Assembly (NCBI GenBank): GCA_964355135.1
Contig: CAYHCG010000008.1
Coordinates: forward strand, 423-64,422
Length of the DNA: 64,000 bases
Source: Candidatus Woesearchaeota archaeon
GTDB taxonomy: Archaea; Nanobdellota; Nanobdellia; Pacearchaeales; GW2011-AR1
Direction: 5' to 3'
Shown here: positions 9,259 to 17,670 of the stretch, in pieces
How positions within the stretch are numbered: position 1 is the first letter of the stretch
Layout: every line of letters starts with the position of its first letter
The notes under the pieces: generated by a model
Seen by the model: only the letters and a program-made list of their open reading frames with translations
Database searches by the model: none
Told to the model about the DNA's origin: nothing
Position numbers and translations under genes: made by a program

Positions 9259-10788
9259 ATGGCTGTCCAGATAAACCTTAATCCTGTTATTCCTCCACTC
9301 AAAAAACCTGAGGATAAAAAGAATGTTGATGTCAGATATGTTTTGATATCTCCTTATGTTTCTGTGCATATTTATTGGGACAAAAAAATCAGTGAGTTAG
9401 TGTACGAGCTTGAAGAGCCCCTTCTTGACGATTTTGAGAAAGAAATTCTTGAGAAACTTGAAAATGCTATGCTTGAGCTCATAAATGTTAATGTGGCTGT
9501 TGACAAAACTTTGGATGCGACCACTTCTTATATAGACCGAACAGCAAAATTGCTTATTGATGAATTGAATATTACTATTTCTGTAGAGAGTTATGATAAG
9601 ATTTTTTATTATCTTTTTAGAGACTTTATTGGATTAAACGAGATAGAGCCATTACTAAGGGATTATTTTATAGAAGATATTGAATGTAATGGTGTGGACA
9701 CTCCCGTTTTTATAATTCATAGAGTTTATAGAAATTTAAGGACAAATATAAAATACAATGATCTGGACAAACTGGCTAGTTTTGTAGAGAAACTGGCGCA
9801 ACGAACAGGAAGATATGTCTCTTATGCGCAACCATTACTGGATGGAACGCTGCCTGATGGCAGCAGAGTTAATGCAACCTTTACTAAGGATGTAAGTTCT
9901 CGAGGTCCAACCTTTACACTGAGAAAGTTTACCAAAATTCCTTGGACGCCTACACAATTGATTGCGATGAGAACACTCTCTCCGGAAATGCTAGCTTATT
10001 TCTGGATTTTACTAGAGCACAAGTCCAGTATACTCATTAGTGGAGGTACTGCCTCAGGAAAGACTACCTTGCTTAATGCCTTAGCTTTCTTTATTCCTCC
10101 TGAAGCAAGAGTTGTTTCAATAGAAGAAACGAGAGAACTTAACTTGCCTAGAGAGAATTGGTTGCCTAGTGTGGCAAGAACCTCAATAGGCGTAGGAAAA
10201 ATAGGTGAGATTGACTTGTTTGAGATATTGAAAAGCTCTTTTAGACAAACTCCGGATTATTTGATAGTTGGAGAAGTGAGAGGGAAAGAGGCATTCGTCT
10301 TATTTCAGGGAATGGCTTCCGGCCACTCTTCTTTAAGTACAATGCACGCGGACTCTGTAGATACTTTAGTAAGAAGGTTGCAAACTCCCCCTATAAGCTT
10401 ATCCCCGACACTGATAAATACCCTGGACTGTGTAGCAATAATGACTCATGCCGTGGTGAAAGGACAAGGCACGAGAAAATTAAGAGAGGTAGTAGAGATA
10501 ATTAACATTAATAATGATGGGAGCGCTTTGACTAATACTCCATTCAAATGGTCTCCTGCTCAAGACGTTTTTTATTCCAAGAACCACTTTAAAGTTTTAG
10601 AAAAACTATCTGCAAAAACAGGAATTCCTCCTGAAAAACTTAGTAAAGACCTATACGCCCGAGCGATGTTATTGTTTGAACTTTACAGAAGAAAAATATT
10701 TGGATTTTATGAGATTGGAACTATTATCAATGAATATTATAAAAACCCTGCAGAAGTATTGAAAAGGTTTAATGTAAAGAGCGGTTGA
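9259..10788 (+). CDS. type IV pilus / archaellum assembly ATPase (PilB/ArlI, VirB11-like family)
   Basis: Walker A ISGGTASGKTT, Asp box DYLIVGEVRG, His box ASGHSSLSTMHADS. The archaeal-type N-terminal domain is present. Confidence 0.85.
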   Translation: MAVQINLNPVIPPLKKPEDKKNVDVRYVLISPYVSVHIYWDKKISELVYELEEPLLDDFEKEILEKLENAMLELINVNVAVDKTLDATTSYIDRTAKLLIDELNITISVESYDKIFYYLFRDFIGLNEIEPLLRDYFIEDIECNGVDTPVFIIHRVYRNLRTNIKYNDLDKLASFVEKLAQRTGRYVSYAQPLLDGTLPDGSRVNATFTKDVSSRGPTFTLRKFTKIPWTPTQLIAMRTLSPEMLAYFWILLEHKSSILISGGTASGKTTLLNALAFFIPPEARVVSIEETRELNLPRENWLPSVARTSIGVGKIGEIDLFEILKSSFRQTPDYLIVGEVRGKEAFVLFQGMASGHSSLSTMHADSVDTLVRRLQTPPISLSPTLINTLDCVAIMTHAVVKGQGTRKLREVVEIININNDGSALTNTPFKWSPAQDVFYSKNHFKVLEKLSAKTGIPPEKLSKDLYARAMLLFELYRRKIFGFYEIGTIINEYYKNPAEVLKRFNVKSG

Positions 10789-10806
10789 AAGTTATTTAAA
10801 TGTATT

Positions 10807-10992
10807 TTGTTTGAGAAAGTAATGAAAAAAGAGGAGATTTCAGTTCTAGCCCAGCTTTTGACTGCTATGAGAGAATGCGTTGATAAACTAGAGCACGCTG
10901 CTAAGAAAAAAGACTCTGAAGAAACTACTGTTGCCAAAAATGAACTTCTTAATCTGCAGAGAAGAATGAAAGAGATGTTAAAAAATGATTGA
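10807..10992 (+). CDS. small hypothetical helical protein
   Basis: ORF between the ATPase and platform genes. Confidence 0.25.
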   Translation: MFEKVMKKEEISVLAQLLTAMRECVDKLEHAAKKKDSEETTVAKNELLNLQRRMKEMLKND

Positions 10993-12319
10993 TGAATTAA
11001 AAAAGAATATTGAGACTGAAATAGAAATCTTAAAGGAAATTTCTAATTATACTAGGGCTGTAGATTATTCTAGTGGAGAGGAAATTTCCTTGCTAAATGG
11101 GGCGATAGCATCCCTTCGAGAAGCTCTACTTATATTAAACGACTCAATCCCCCTTATCATCCAGGAAAGAGGGCCCGAGAGTGTCAAGATAGCTCAGTTG
11201 CCTCAATTACCGAAAAAGAGAGCGGTAGAAAAAAAGACTGAAGAAAAACTCGAAAAAGTGGAAGTGCAAAGAAACAATTCTGCAGTCAGAGTTTTACTAG
11301 ATAAAAAAGACAAAGAAAAATTCCTAAAAGAATTGACCATAAGCGAGGATTTTATAAAAAAGATTAGAAAGAGAAAGATCGGAAAAGAAGAGAGATTACT
11401 AGAGTTTAAGAAATCTCGCGGTTATTTAAAACTGGCAAATAAAATTTTTCTTGGACAGAGCGCTAAATGGATAAAAAAAGGATATTTTAGATCCTTAGCG
11501 GTAGAATTGAGAAAGGCCAATATTGACATTTTACTTGAAGTATATGTTGCAATGGTTTTCTTAAGTGTCCTTCTTTCTTTAGTCTCTTCCTTTATTTTAT
11601 TTTTAATCCTTATCTTTGTTGATATTAATACTACTGTGCCTTTTTTTACATTGTATAATGGAGATTTTTTCATAAGAATATTGAGAATAATCTGGATACC
11701 TATAGCAATACCTCTATTGACTTTTCTAGGATTATACTATTATCCTTCGAGCGAGAAAAAATCAATAGGTAGAAAAATAGACCAGGAGCTTCCTTTTGCA
11801 GTAATTCATATGAGCGCCATTTCGGGATCTGGGATCGCTCCTCTAGAGATCTTTAAAATAATAGGTCTTGGAAAAGAATACCCTTCCTTAAGAAAAGAGT
11901 TTAGGAAGGTTCTGAATCAGATTAATCTCTTTGGATATGATCTCATAACTGCGCTGAATAATTCTGTAAAAACAGCACCTAGTGAAAGATTATCTGAACT
12001 ATTCTCAGGATTGTCCACTAGTGTAACTTCAGGAGCAAGTTTGCAACAGTTTTTTGAGAAAAGGTCTGAATCGCTTCTTTTGAATTATAGACTAGAAAGA
12101 GAAAAATATACTCGCACAATTGAAACTTTTTTAGATATTTACATAAGTATAGTTATCGCAGCGCCCATGATTTTTATGTTGCTTATAGTTATGATTTTTA
12201 TTTCGGGCGTGGATATCAAACTTACCGCCGGACAGATAAGCTTAGTGTTTGTATTTGGAGTAGCATTATTAAATGTTGTATTCTTGATGTTCCTACAGAC
12301 AAAGCAGCCCGCATATTAA
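10985..12319 (+). CDS. type II secretion system F-domain platform protein (TadC/ArlJ-like), first half
   Basis: T2SSF-like region FAVIHMSAISGSGIAPLEIFKIIGL...ITALNNSVKTAPSERLSELFSGLSTSVTSGASLQQFF with C-terminal TM segments. Confidence 0.7.
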   Translation: MIDELKKNIETEIEILKEISNYTRAVDYSSGEEISLLNGAIASLREALLILNDSIPLIIQERGPESVKIAQLPQLPKKRAVEKKTEEKLEKVEVQRNNSAVRVLLDKKDKEKFLKELTISEDFIKKIRKRKIGKEERLLEFKKSRGYLKLANKIFLGQSAKWIKKGYFRSLAVELRKANIDILLEVYVAMVFLSVLLSLVSSFILFLILIFVDINTTVPFFTLYNGDFFIRILRIIWIPIAIPLLTFLGLYYYPSSEKKSIGRKIDQELPFAVIHMSAISGSGIAPLEIFKIIGLGKEYPSLRKEFRKVLNQINLFGYDLITALNNSVKTAPSERLSELFSGLSTSVTSGASLQQFFEKRSESLLLNYRLEREKYTRTIETFLDIYISIVIAAPMIFMLLIVMIFISGVDIKLTAGQISLVFVFGVALLNVVFLMFLQTKQPAY

Positions 12320-12322
12320 AAA

Positions 12323-13198
12323 ATGAAACTAAAAAAAATGCATTGGCTCGGAATAATCTCCGGAATTGTAATCGTCATTTTAGATTTGATCTTCTTTCTT
12401 GATAATACCAGGATGCTTTATTTTTTAATGGGTATCGCTTTTGGAATAATTGCCCTCCCATTTGTTATTGGCATGACTTTAGAAAATAAAAAAGAGCAAA
12501 AAATCAACGAAATGTTTTTGGAATTTTCCAGAAACTTGGCAGAAAGCGTGGCTACTGGAACTCCTATAAATAAAAGTATTGCAAATATGAAAAAAAAGAA
12601 CTATGGAGAACTCAATCCTTACATAGAAAAGCTCTCAAATCAAATTGAGCTTGGAGTCCCTATAAACAAGTCCTTAGAGAATTTTGCGGAAGATATCAAT
12701 AGCCCTGTAGTAAAAAGAGCGACTGCTTTGATAAGAGAAGCGGAGAAGGCAGGCGGAGAGATAGAACAAATACTTGACTCTACTGCAAAATCTGTTTCTG
12801 AAATAGAAAAACTAAAGAAAGAGAGAAAATCTGCAATTTACAGTTTAGTTGTGCAGGGATATATCATTTTCTTCATATTTATCGCTATTGTGATAGTAGT
12901 TGAATTCCAGATTTTGCCTTTGACTGTAGGAACTGGAGGATTTACTCAGTTTACAGGAGATATTAATAGCATTGATGCTGCGGCTTCAGGGGCCCAGGAA
13001 GATATGATAAGCCCTGAAGAACTAACCAAACCGTTTATATTTCTCCTTTTGACACAAGGATTTTTTGTAGGATTAGTTATTGGAAAGCTTACAGAAGGGA
13101 GTATCAAGGCAGGATTAAAACATTCTTTTATCTTGATGATGGCCGCATTTATAGTCTCTAGTGGAGCAAAGTTATTACTAACTCCTGTTAAGCCTTAG
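12323..13198 (+). CDS. type II secretion system F-domain platform protein (TadB/ArlJ-like), second half
   Basis: A second T2SSF-like domain (FSRNLAESVATGTPINKSIANM...VKRATALIREAEKAGGEIEQIL) with TM segments. Confidence 0.65.
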   Translation: MKLKKMHWLGIISGIVIVILDLIFFLDNTRMLYFLMGIAFGIIALPFVIGMTLENKKEQKINEMFLEFSRNLAESVATGTPINKSIANMKKKNYGELNPYIEKLSNQIELGVPINKSLENFAEDINSPVVKRATALIREAEKAGGEIEQILDSTAKSVSEIEKLKKERKSAIYSLVVQGYIIFFIFIAIVIVVEFQILPLTVGTGGFTQFTGDINSIDAAASGAQEDMISPEELTKPFIFLLLTQGFFVGLVIGKLTEGSIKAGLKHSFILMMAAFIVSSGAKLLLTPVKP

Positions 13199-14042
13199 CC
13201 TGATGGATTAGATAAAATATCTCATTTGGGATCGAAAATTTTTCAAAACTAAGGCCCTTTCTGAGAAGAAGACGCTCAAACCAGCCCCTCTGTGGATAAT
13301 TCATTGCCTTGCCAGAAAGTTTTTTTGTAGAAAAACTTACTAAGATATATTTTGACTCTACCGCCAGGATTATTTTCTCTGACAAAGCATGATCTTTTTT
13401 GTCTACTACATCAATTACCTTAAAAAGAATGCAGAGATCTGTTTTTGGCAGCGGGGAAGATAGTTTCCTTAAGTCAAGAGTAAAAGTTTTTCCATTAATT
13501 TTATTTTTTTTGAAAAAAGAATCTATGAGCGATAGCTCATCTTCCTTGATATCTGAAGCATAGTAGAAAACTTCGGGAGAGGCAAGAGCTAAAGGGTTTA
13601 AACCGCAGCCTAGATCCAGGATAGATTTTATTTTTAGTTCTTTTATTTTTTCTTTTATCAATGGGTAAAACGGAAGCCTCTCCGCAGTAGAAGAATGAGT
13701 TTTTAATAGCTGCATGAAATTATCTTCCTGTAGGAGTCTTGGACGATCTTTGAGGCTTTTCTGATATTGTCCTGTTAAAAATCTCAATTCTGAACGAATT
13801 TGCTTAGTGATTATTCTAAAATCTTGTTTTTTGAGATTTTTTAAGCTGATTGAGTGTTTTTTGAGATAATCGTGCAGGCAATCCTCAACTACTGCATCAG
13901 AGAGACCGCGGAGTTCTTTTTTTTCCTTAATCTCCTTACAGAGCATTCTGCTGAGTTTTTCATCTGATTTTGCAGAATCTCTGTCTAGGGAATTCTCATT
14001 CTTATTAACAGAATTCCCCATAATCAAGGCTGATTCGTCCAT
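13188..14042 (-). CDS. FmrO-family 16S rRNA (guanine1405-N7) methyltransferase homolog (ArmA/RmtB-like)
   Basis: LDLGCGLNPLAL, FKVIDVV, VSFSTKKLSGKAMNYPQRGWFERLL and IPNEIFYLIHQ align with RmtB LDIACGLNPLAL / FKLLPLL / VSFPTRSLGGRGKGM..NY..WFE / IGTELIYLIKK. Confidence 0.55.
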   Translation of the reverse strand: MDESALIMGNSVNKNENSLDRDSAKSDEKLSRMLCKEIKEKKELRGLSDAVVEDCLHDYLKKHSISLKNLKKQDFRIITKQIRSELRFLTGQYQKSLKDRPRLLQEDNFMQLLKTHSSTAERLPFYPLIKEKIKELKIKSILDLGCGLNPLALASPEVFYYASDIKEDELSLIDSFFKKNKINGKTFTLDLRKLSSPLPKTDLCILFKVIDVVDKKDHALSEKIILAVESKYILVSFSTKKLSGKAMNYPQRGWFERLLLRKGLSFEKFSIPNEIFYLIHQAKA

Positions 14043-14092
14043 GATAAGCTAATTATGAGAACTTATATAAACATAGTTATTTATTTTTGTAG

Positions 14093-14851
14093 ATGAGAAA
14101 AAGAGGGATGAGTCATATAGAAGTAATTTTGTCTTTTATGATTTTTCTTGGAGCTGTTGGATTTGCACTTTACTTTTTCAGCCCGACAAATACTTCTAAA
14201 CTTGTCGACACTTCTTTAGATTATGTAAGTAGAGAAATTTCCAACAATATAACTGTATCGGTGACTACTTATTCTGTGAAAATTAATAATAGTGATAACC
14301 AGGCTAACTCTGCGGGCTTTTTAGCGATTAACATTAGCGGAATGTGTGATAATGAAAATAATGTGGCGAGAGTTGAAAATCTCTCAGGGAGTATTTTACC
14401 TTCAAAAATAGGGCCTGGAAACAGCAAATGTAAATCCTCTAATGATCAAGTTTTGATTATAGCCAATAGCGAATGGAATGCCCCAGAGGATTTTATCTAT
14501 ATTAAAATAAGCGAGGATTTTAATGAAACGGGCGATGAAGTGACTGGAAGTCCAACACCCAATGAATATTTCTATGAAATATCCACAACTAACTCGGAAA
14601 TTGAGTTTTCAGAGAAGAGAATACTTATTTTGAATAAGTCCTATTATGAAAATTATTACGGATTAAAAGAGGACTTCAACTTGCCTGGAAGAGTTAACTT
14701 TGGATTTAGCTTTGTCTTTGCAGATAATAGCATAGTCTCTGAAAGAGAAGTGCCTAATGGATTAGATGTATATTCTAAAGTTGAAAGAGTTGAAGTTTTA
14801 AGAGAAAATGGTCAAGTGCAGTACGCTGATTTGGTAATTAAAGTATGGTAG
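14093..14851 (+). CDS. type IV pilin-like protein (class III signal peptide)
   Basis: MRKRG|MSHIEVILSFMIFLGAVGFALYFF: a Gly at the cleavage site, Glu at +5, and a hydrophobic helix. Confidence 0.55.
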   Translation: MRKRGMSHIEVILSFMIFLGAVGFALYFFSPTNTSKLVDTSLDYVSREISNNITVSVTTYSVKINNSDNQANSAGFLAINISGMCDNENNVARVENLSGSILPSKIGPGNSKCKSSNDQVLIIANSEWNAPEDFIYIKISEDFNETGDEVTGSPTPNEYFYEISTTNSEIEFSEKRILILNKSYYENYYGLKEDFNLPGRVNFGFSFVFADNSIVSEREVPNGLDVYSKVERVEVLRENGQVQYADLVIKVW

Positions 14852-15300
14852 CAAAAAAAGGATTTATGAGAATTATGGAAGCGACTATTGCAGTCTTAAT
14901 TATTTTAGGAGTGCTTTTTGTCATCGCCTCCCAACGGGAAGTTAGAAGTAATCAAGATCTAACTGAAATTCTAAGAGCGTTGCTTGATGAAATTGCAAAA
15001 GATCAAGAGTTAAGACAACAAGTTGTAGAATATAACTTGAGTGTGGCAAGAAATGAAACTCCTAACCGAGAGATATTGGGAAATCTGAGCGTATTTTTAG
15101 AAGAAAAAATAAAAAATCCTGCATTTAATCATTCAATAAGCATTTGCAAAGCAAACGAAACCTGCCCATTGCAAGTATCCTTTCCTGTTGAGGACCCTCA
15201 AGACATCTATGCAGCTGAAAGAATAATAACGACAACCCTTAGCCAGGGAGGTTCGCAAGAATTAAAAAAAATAAAATTATTTTTATGGAGAAGAGTATAA
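14845..15300 (+). CDS. type IV pilin-like protein (class III signal peptide)
   Basis: MVAKKG|FMRIMEATIAVLIILGVLFVIA. Confidence 0.5.
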   Translation: MVAKKGFMRIMEATIAVLIILGVLFVIASQREVRSNQDLTEILRALLDEIAKDQELRQQVVEYNLSVARNETPNREILGNLSVFLEEKIKNPAFNHSISICKANETCPLQVSFPVEDPQDIYAAERIITTTLSQGGSQELKKIKLFLWRRV

Positions 15301-15352
15301 CAATTAATTATCTGTCGATAAGGTTTATAAACTTCTTTTCTTTTTAAAAAGA

Positions 15353-17665
15353 ATGAAAAAGAGTGGTGTGGTTTTCTTATTATTAGCAATTGTTTTTATT
15401 TTTGGTTTAATGGGGGAGGCTCATGCTGCATGTACATGTTCGGATAGTGACAACAGCGGGACAGACCAAAGTGGGACAGATTATATTGCATCTCTTATGG
15501 TTAGTGGAAATGCAAGATATAAGTCTAGTCCAACTGCTGCATGGAATAATAACTATGATAGGTGCAAAGATAGTACTCATATTTATGAAAGACAATGTGC
15601 AAGCAGTAGTGCGTGTACAAGTATATCTGTAGGAAGTCCCCAATGTCAGAGTTTAACTCCATTTTGTTTAGAGGTGCCTGACGCAGGAGATAAATGTGTT
15701 ATGTGTACTTCTGATAATCAATGTTCTGGATCGCCCCATAACTTGGGCTCTTTATATGGGTGCGGTAGTTCAAATTTTTGTGTTCAGGAATGGTCTGATG
15801 TAAGAGTCGGAGTTTTAAGGGCAGGAACAAGTACTACGATAAAGGAAGCTACAGTAACTTTTAATCAGGACCCATACACTCAAGAAGAGAGCACTGGAAA
15901 TACTGGGATGACTCCTACCATGAGTGTAAGAGTCGGATCGAACTATGTAAGAATTGAAAAAGAAGGATATGCCGATTATACAAATACAAATTATCAGGTA
16001 TCCGCTTATCCTAGTACAACAGATTTGATTTTTCATCTTTCAATATGCACGAATGAATGTTCTCCTCGAAATAGTATAATGTGTACTACTGATGGGTCTC
16101 CTTATCATGATCAGTGTCTTAAAAGATTTGGGTGTTGGGTCTGGGTGGAAGATTTGCTATGTTCAACTGGAACAACTTGTGTAGGAAATGCATGTACAAC
16201 ATGTGATAACGATCCTAATTTGTGTACTTCTGGAACAAGATGTTCAGGAAATGGAGTTCAGACTTGCAGTGTGGATAACGATCGGGATTCCTGTAGAGAA
16301 TGGAGTTCTACAGTACCTTGCAATGCTGATAATTTATGTTCAGCTGGAGTTTGTGTCCCTTCCGAATCATGTGTAGATAGTGATGATGCCAATAGGGGCA
16401 GTCCAGCAAATGGAGATGTTACAACTACTCAAGCAACCAGTGCAACTAAGACGGGCTCTCCTACCATGACTGACGAATGCTATCAAAGCGCCCCGAATCC
16501 TGATACATTGTATGAAGCTTATTGTGCTAGCACTTTAGCAGATCCTGGACGAACAATTGTAAGTTGTCCAACAGATAAGCCTGTTTGTTCAAATGGGGCC
16601 TGTGTAAGTGCCTGCACTCCGAGTCTTGAAATATGCGATGGCAAAGACAATGATTGTGACGGAAGTGTAGATGAAAATGATGCCAATATTTGCGGGGATT
16701 GGATGTGTTTTCATCCTGGACAGTCGGATGCGAAATGTGTTTGTAATGATGATAATGATTGCAATGATAGTAATGTGTGTACTATAAATGATAGATGTAC
16801 TAATCCTGCGAGTAGCTCGGCCCTTTGTGCTTATACAAATAATGATGGGGCTTCTTGCACTATAAATTCAAATCCTGGAACTTGCCAGAGCGGAACATGT
16901 ACTCCTCCTAATTGTGGTAATGGAGTTATTAATTCTGGGGAGCAGTGTGATGGGGATAATAATTTAGATGGAAAAACGTGTTCGACCGTCCCGGGAGGAT
17001 ACAATGGGGGAGATTTAAAATGCAAAGCGGATTGCACTTTCAATACTGATGATTGTAGTATTGGGGGGGGAGAAGACTGTACAGATGATGATGGAGATAC
17101 ATATTCTGCAATATCAGCGGATTGTGAAACGGGAAATGATTGTGATGATACGAACGAGACTATAAATCCTGGGGCAATAGAGGTATGTGATGATGTGGAC
17201 AATGATTGCGATGTTCCTACAGAAGTAGATGAAGGAGGAGTTTGCACACAACCAGAACAATGCGCATTATATCTTCCTGGAACTGCATGTTCAGAACTGC
17301 TGCAGGGAGATTGTAGTGCGTGCGGAGGATCTGTTGGGCCGAACGATCCTTCTGGAGATGGTTTAACAAATAAATACTGCTATTGGGAGAGTGGCGTGTG
17401 TAAGTTAGGAGGAACTGACGCAGATGGAAATATCTGCAGTGTAGAAACATTATCTTATCAATGTGTTGGGGATCAAACTTCTACAGACATAACGTATAGG
17501 AATAGTTGTGAACCTGCTTGTAGCGGTATTGAAGGCTGCGTTAAAGCAAACGTGCCATGCCCTCAAGTAGTTGATTTGCCTTTCTTTGGAATGTTTGGAT
17601 TTGGACTTAGCTTAATTATTATTGCAGGAATATATGGTTATTTAATAATGAAGAGAAAGGAGTAA
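15353..17665 (+). CDS. large Cys-rich surface protein with EGF/laminin-like modules and MopE-type CDGxDNDCDG putative metal-binding repeats, plus a C-terminal TM anchor
   Basis: Signal peptide MKKSGVVFLLLAIVFIFGLMGEAHA. More than 80 Cys. EICDGKDNDCDGSVDEND and VCDDVDNDCD repeats. C-terminal TM FGFGLSLIIIAGIYGYLIMKRKE. Confidence 0.6.
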   Translation: MKKSGVVFLLLAIVFIFGLMGEAHAACTCSDSDNSGTDQSGTDYIASLMVSGNARYKSSPTAAWNNNYDRCKDSTHIYERQCASSSACTSISVGSPQCQSLTPFCLEVPDAGDKCVMCTSDNQCSGSPHNLGSLYGCGSSNFCVQEWSDVRVGVLRAGTSTTIKEATVTFNQDPYTQEESTGNTGMTPTMSVRVGSNYVRIEKEGYADYTNTNYQVSAYPSTTDLIFHLSICTNECSPRNSIMCTTDGSPYHDQCLKRFGCWVWVEDLLCSTGTTCVGNACTTCDNDPNLCTSGTRCSGNGVQTCSVDNDRDSCREWSSTVPCNADNLCSAGVCVPSESCVDSDDANRGSPANGDVTTTQATSATKTGSPTMTDECYQSAPNPDTLYEAYCASTLADPGRTIVSCPTDKPVCSNGACVSACTPSLEICDGKDNDCDGSVDENDANICGDWMCFHPGQSDAKCVCNDDNDCNDSNVCTINDRCTNPASSSALCAYTNNDGASCTINSNPGTCQSGTCTPPNCGNGVINSGEQCDGDNNLDGKTCSTVPGGYNGGDLKCKADCTFNTDDCSIGGGEDCTDDDGDTYSAISADCETGNDCDDTNETINPGAIEVCDDVDNDCDVPTEVDEGGVCTQPEQCALYLPGTACSELLQGDCSACGGSVGPNDPSGDGLTNKYCYWESGVCKLGGTDADGNICSVETLSYQCVGDQTSTDITYRNSCEPACSGIEGCVKANVPCPQVVDLPFFGMFGFGLSLIIIAGIYGYLIMKRKE

Positions 17666-17670
17666 ATAAA

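Noticed and set aside
15407-17450. Antisense/alternative-frame ORFs inside the Cys-rich protein gene (15407..15643, 15423..15632, 15815..16036, 16188..16376, 16831..17247, 17217..17450)
   Set aside because: They are embedded in a long, well-supported secreted-protein ORF. Low-complexity reading frames of a Cys/Gly/Asp-rich repeat gene.
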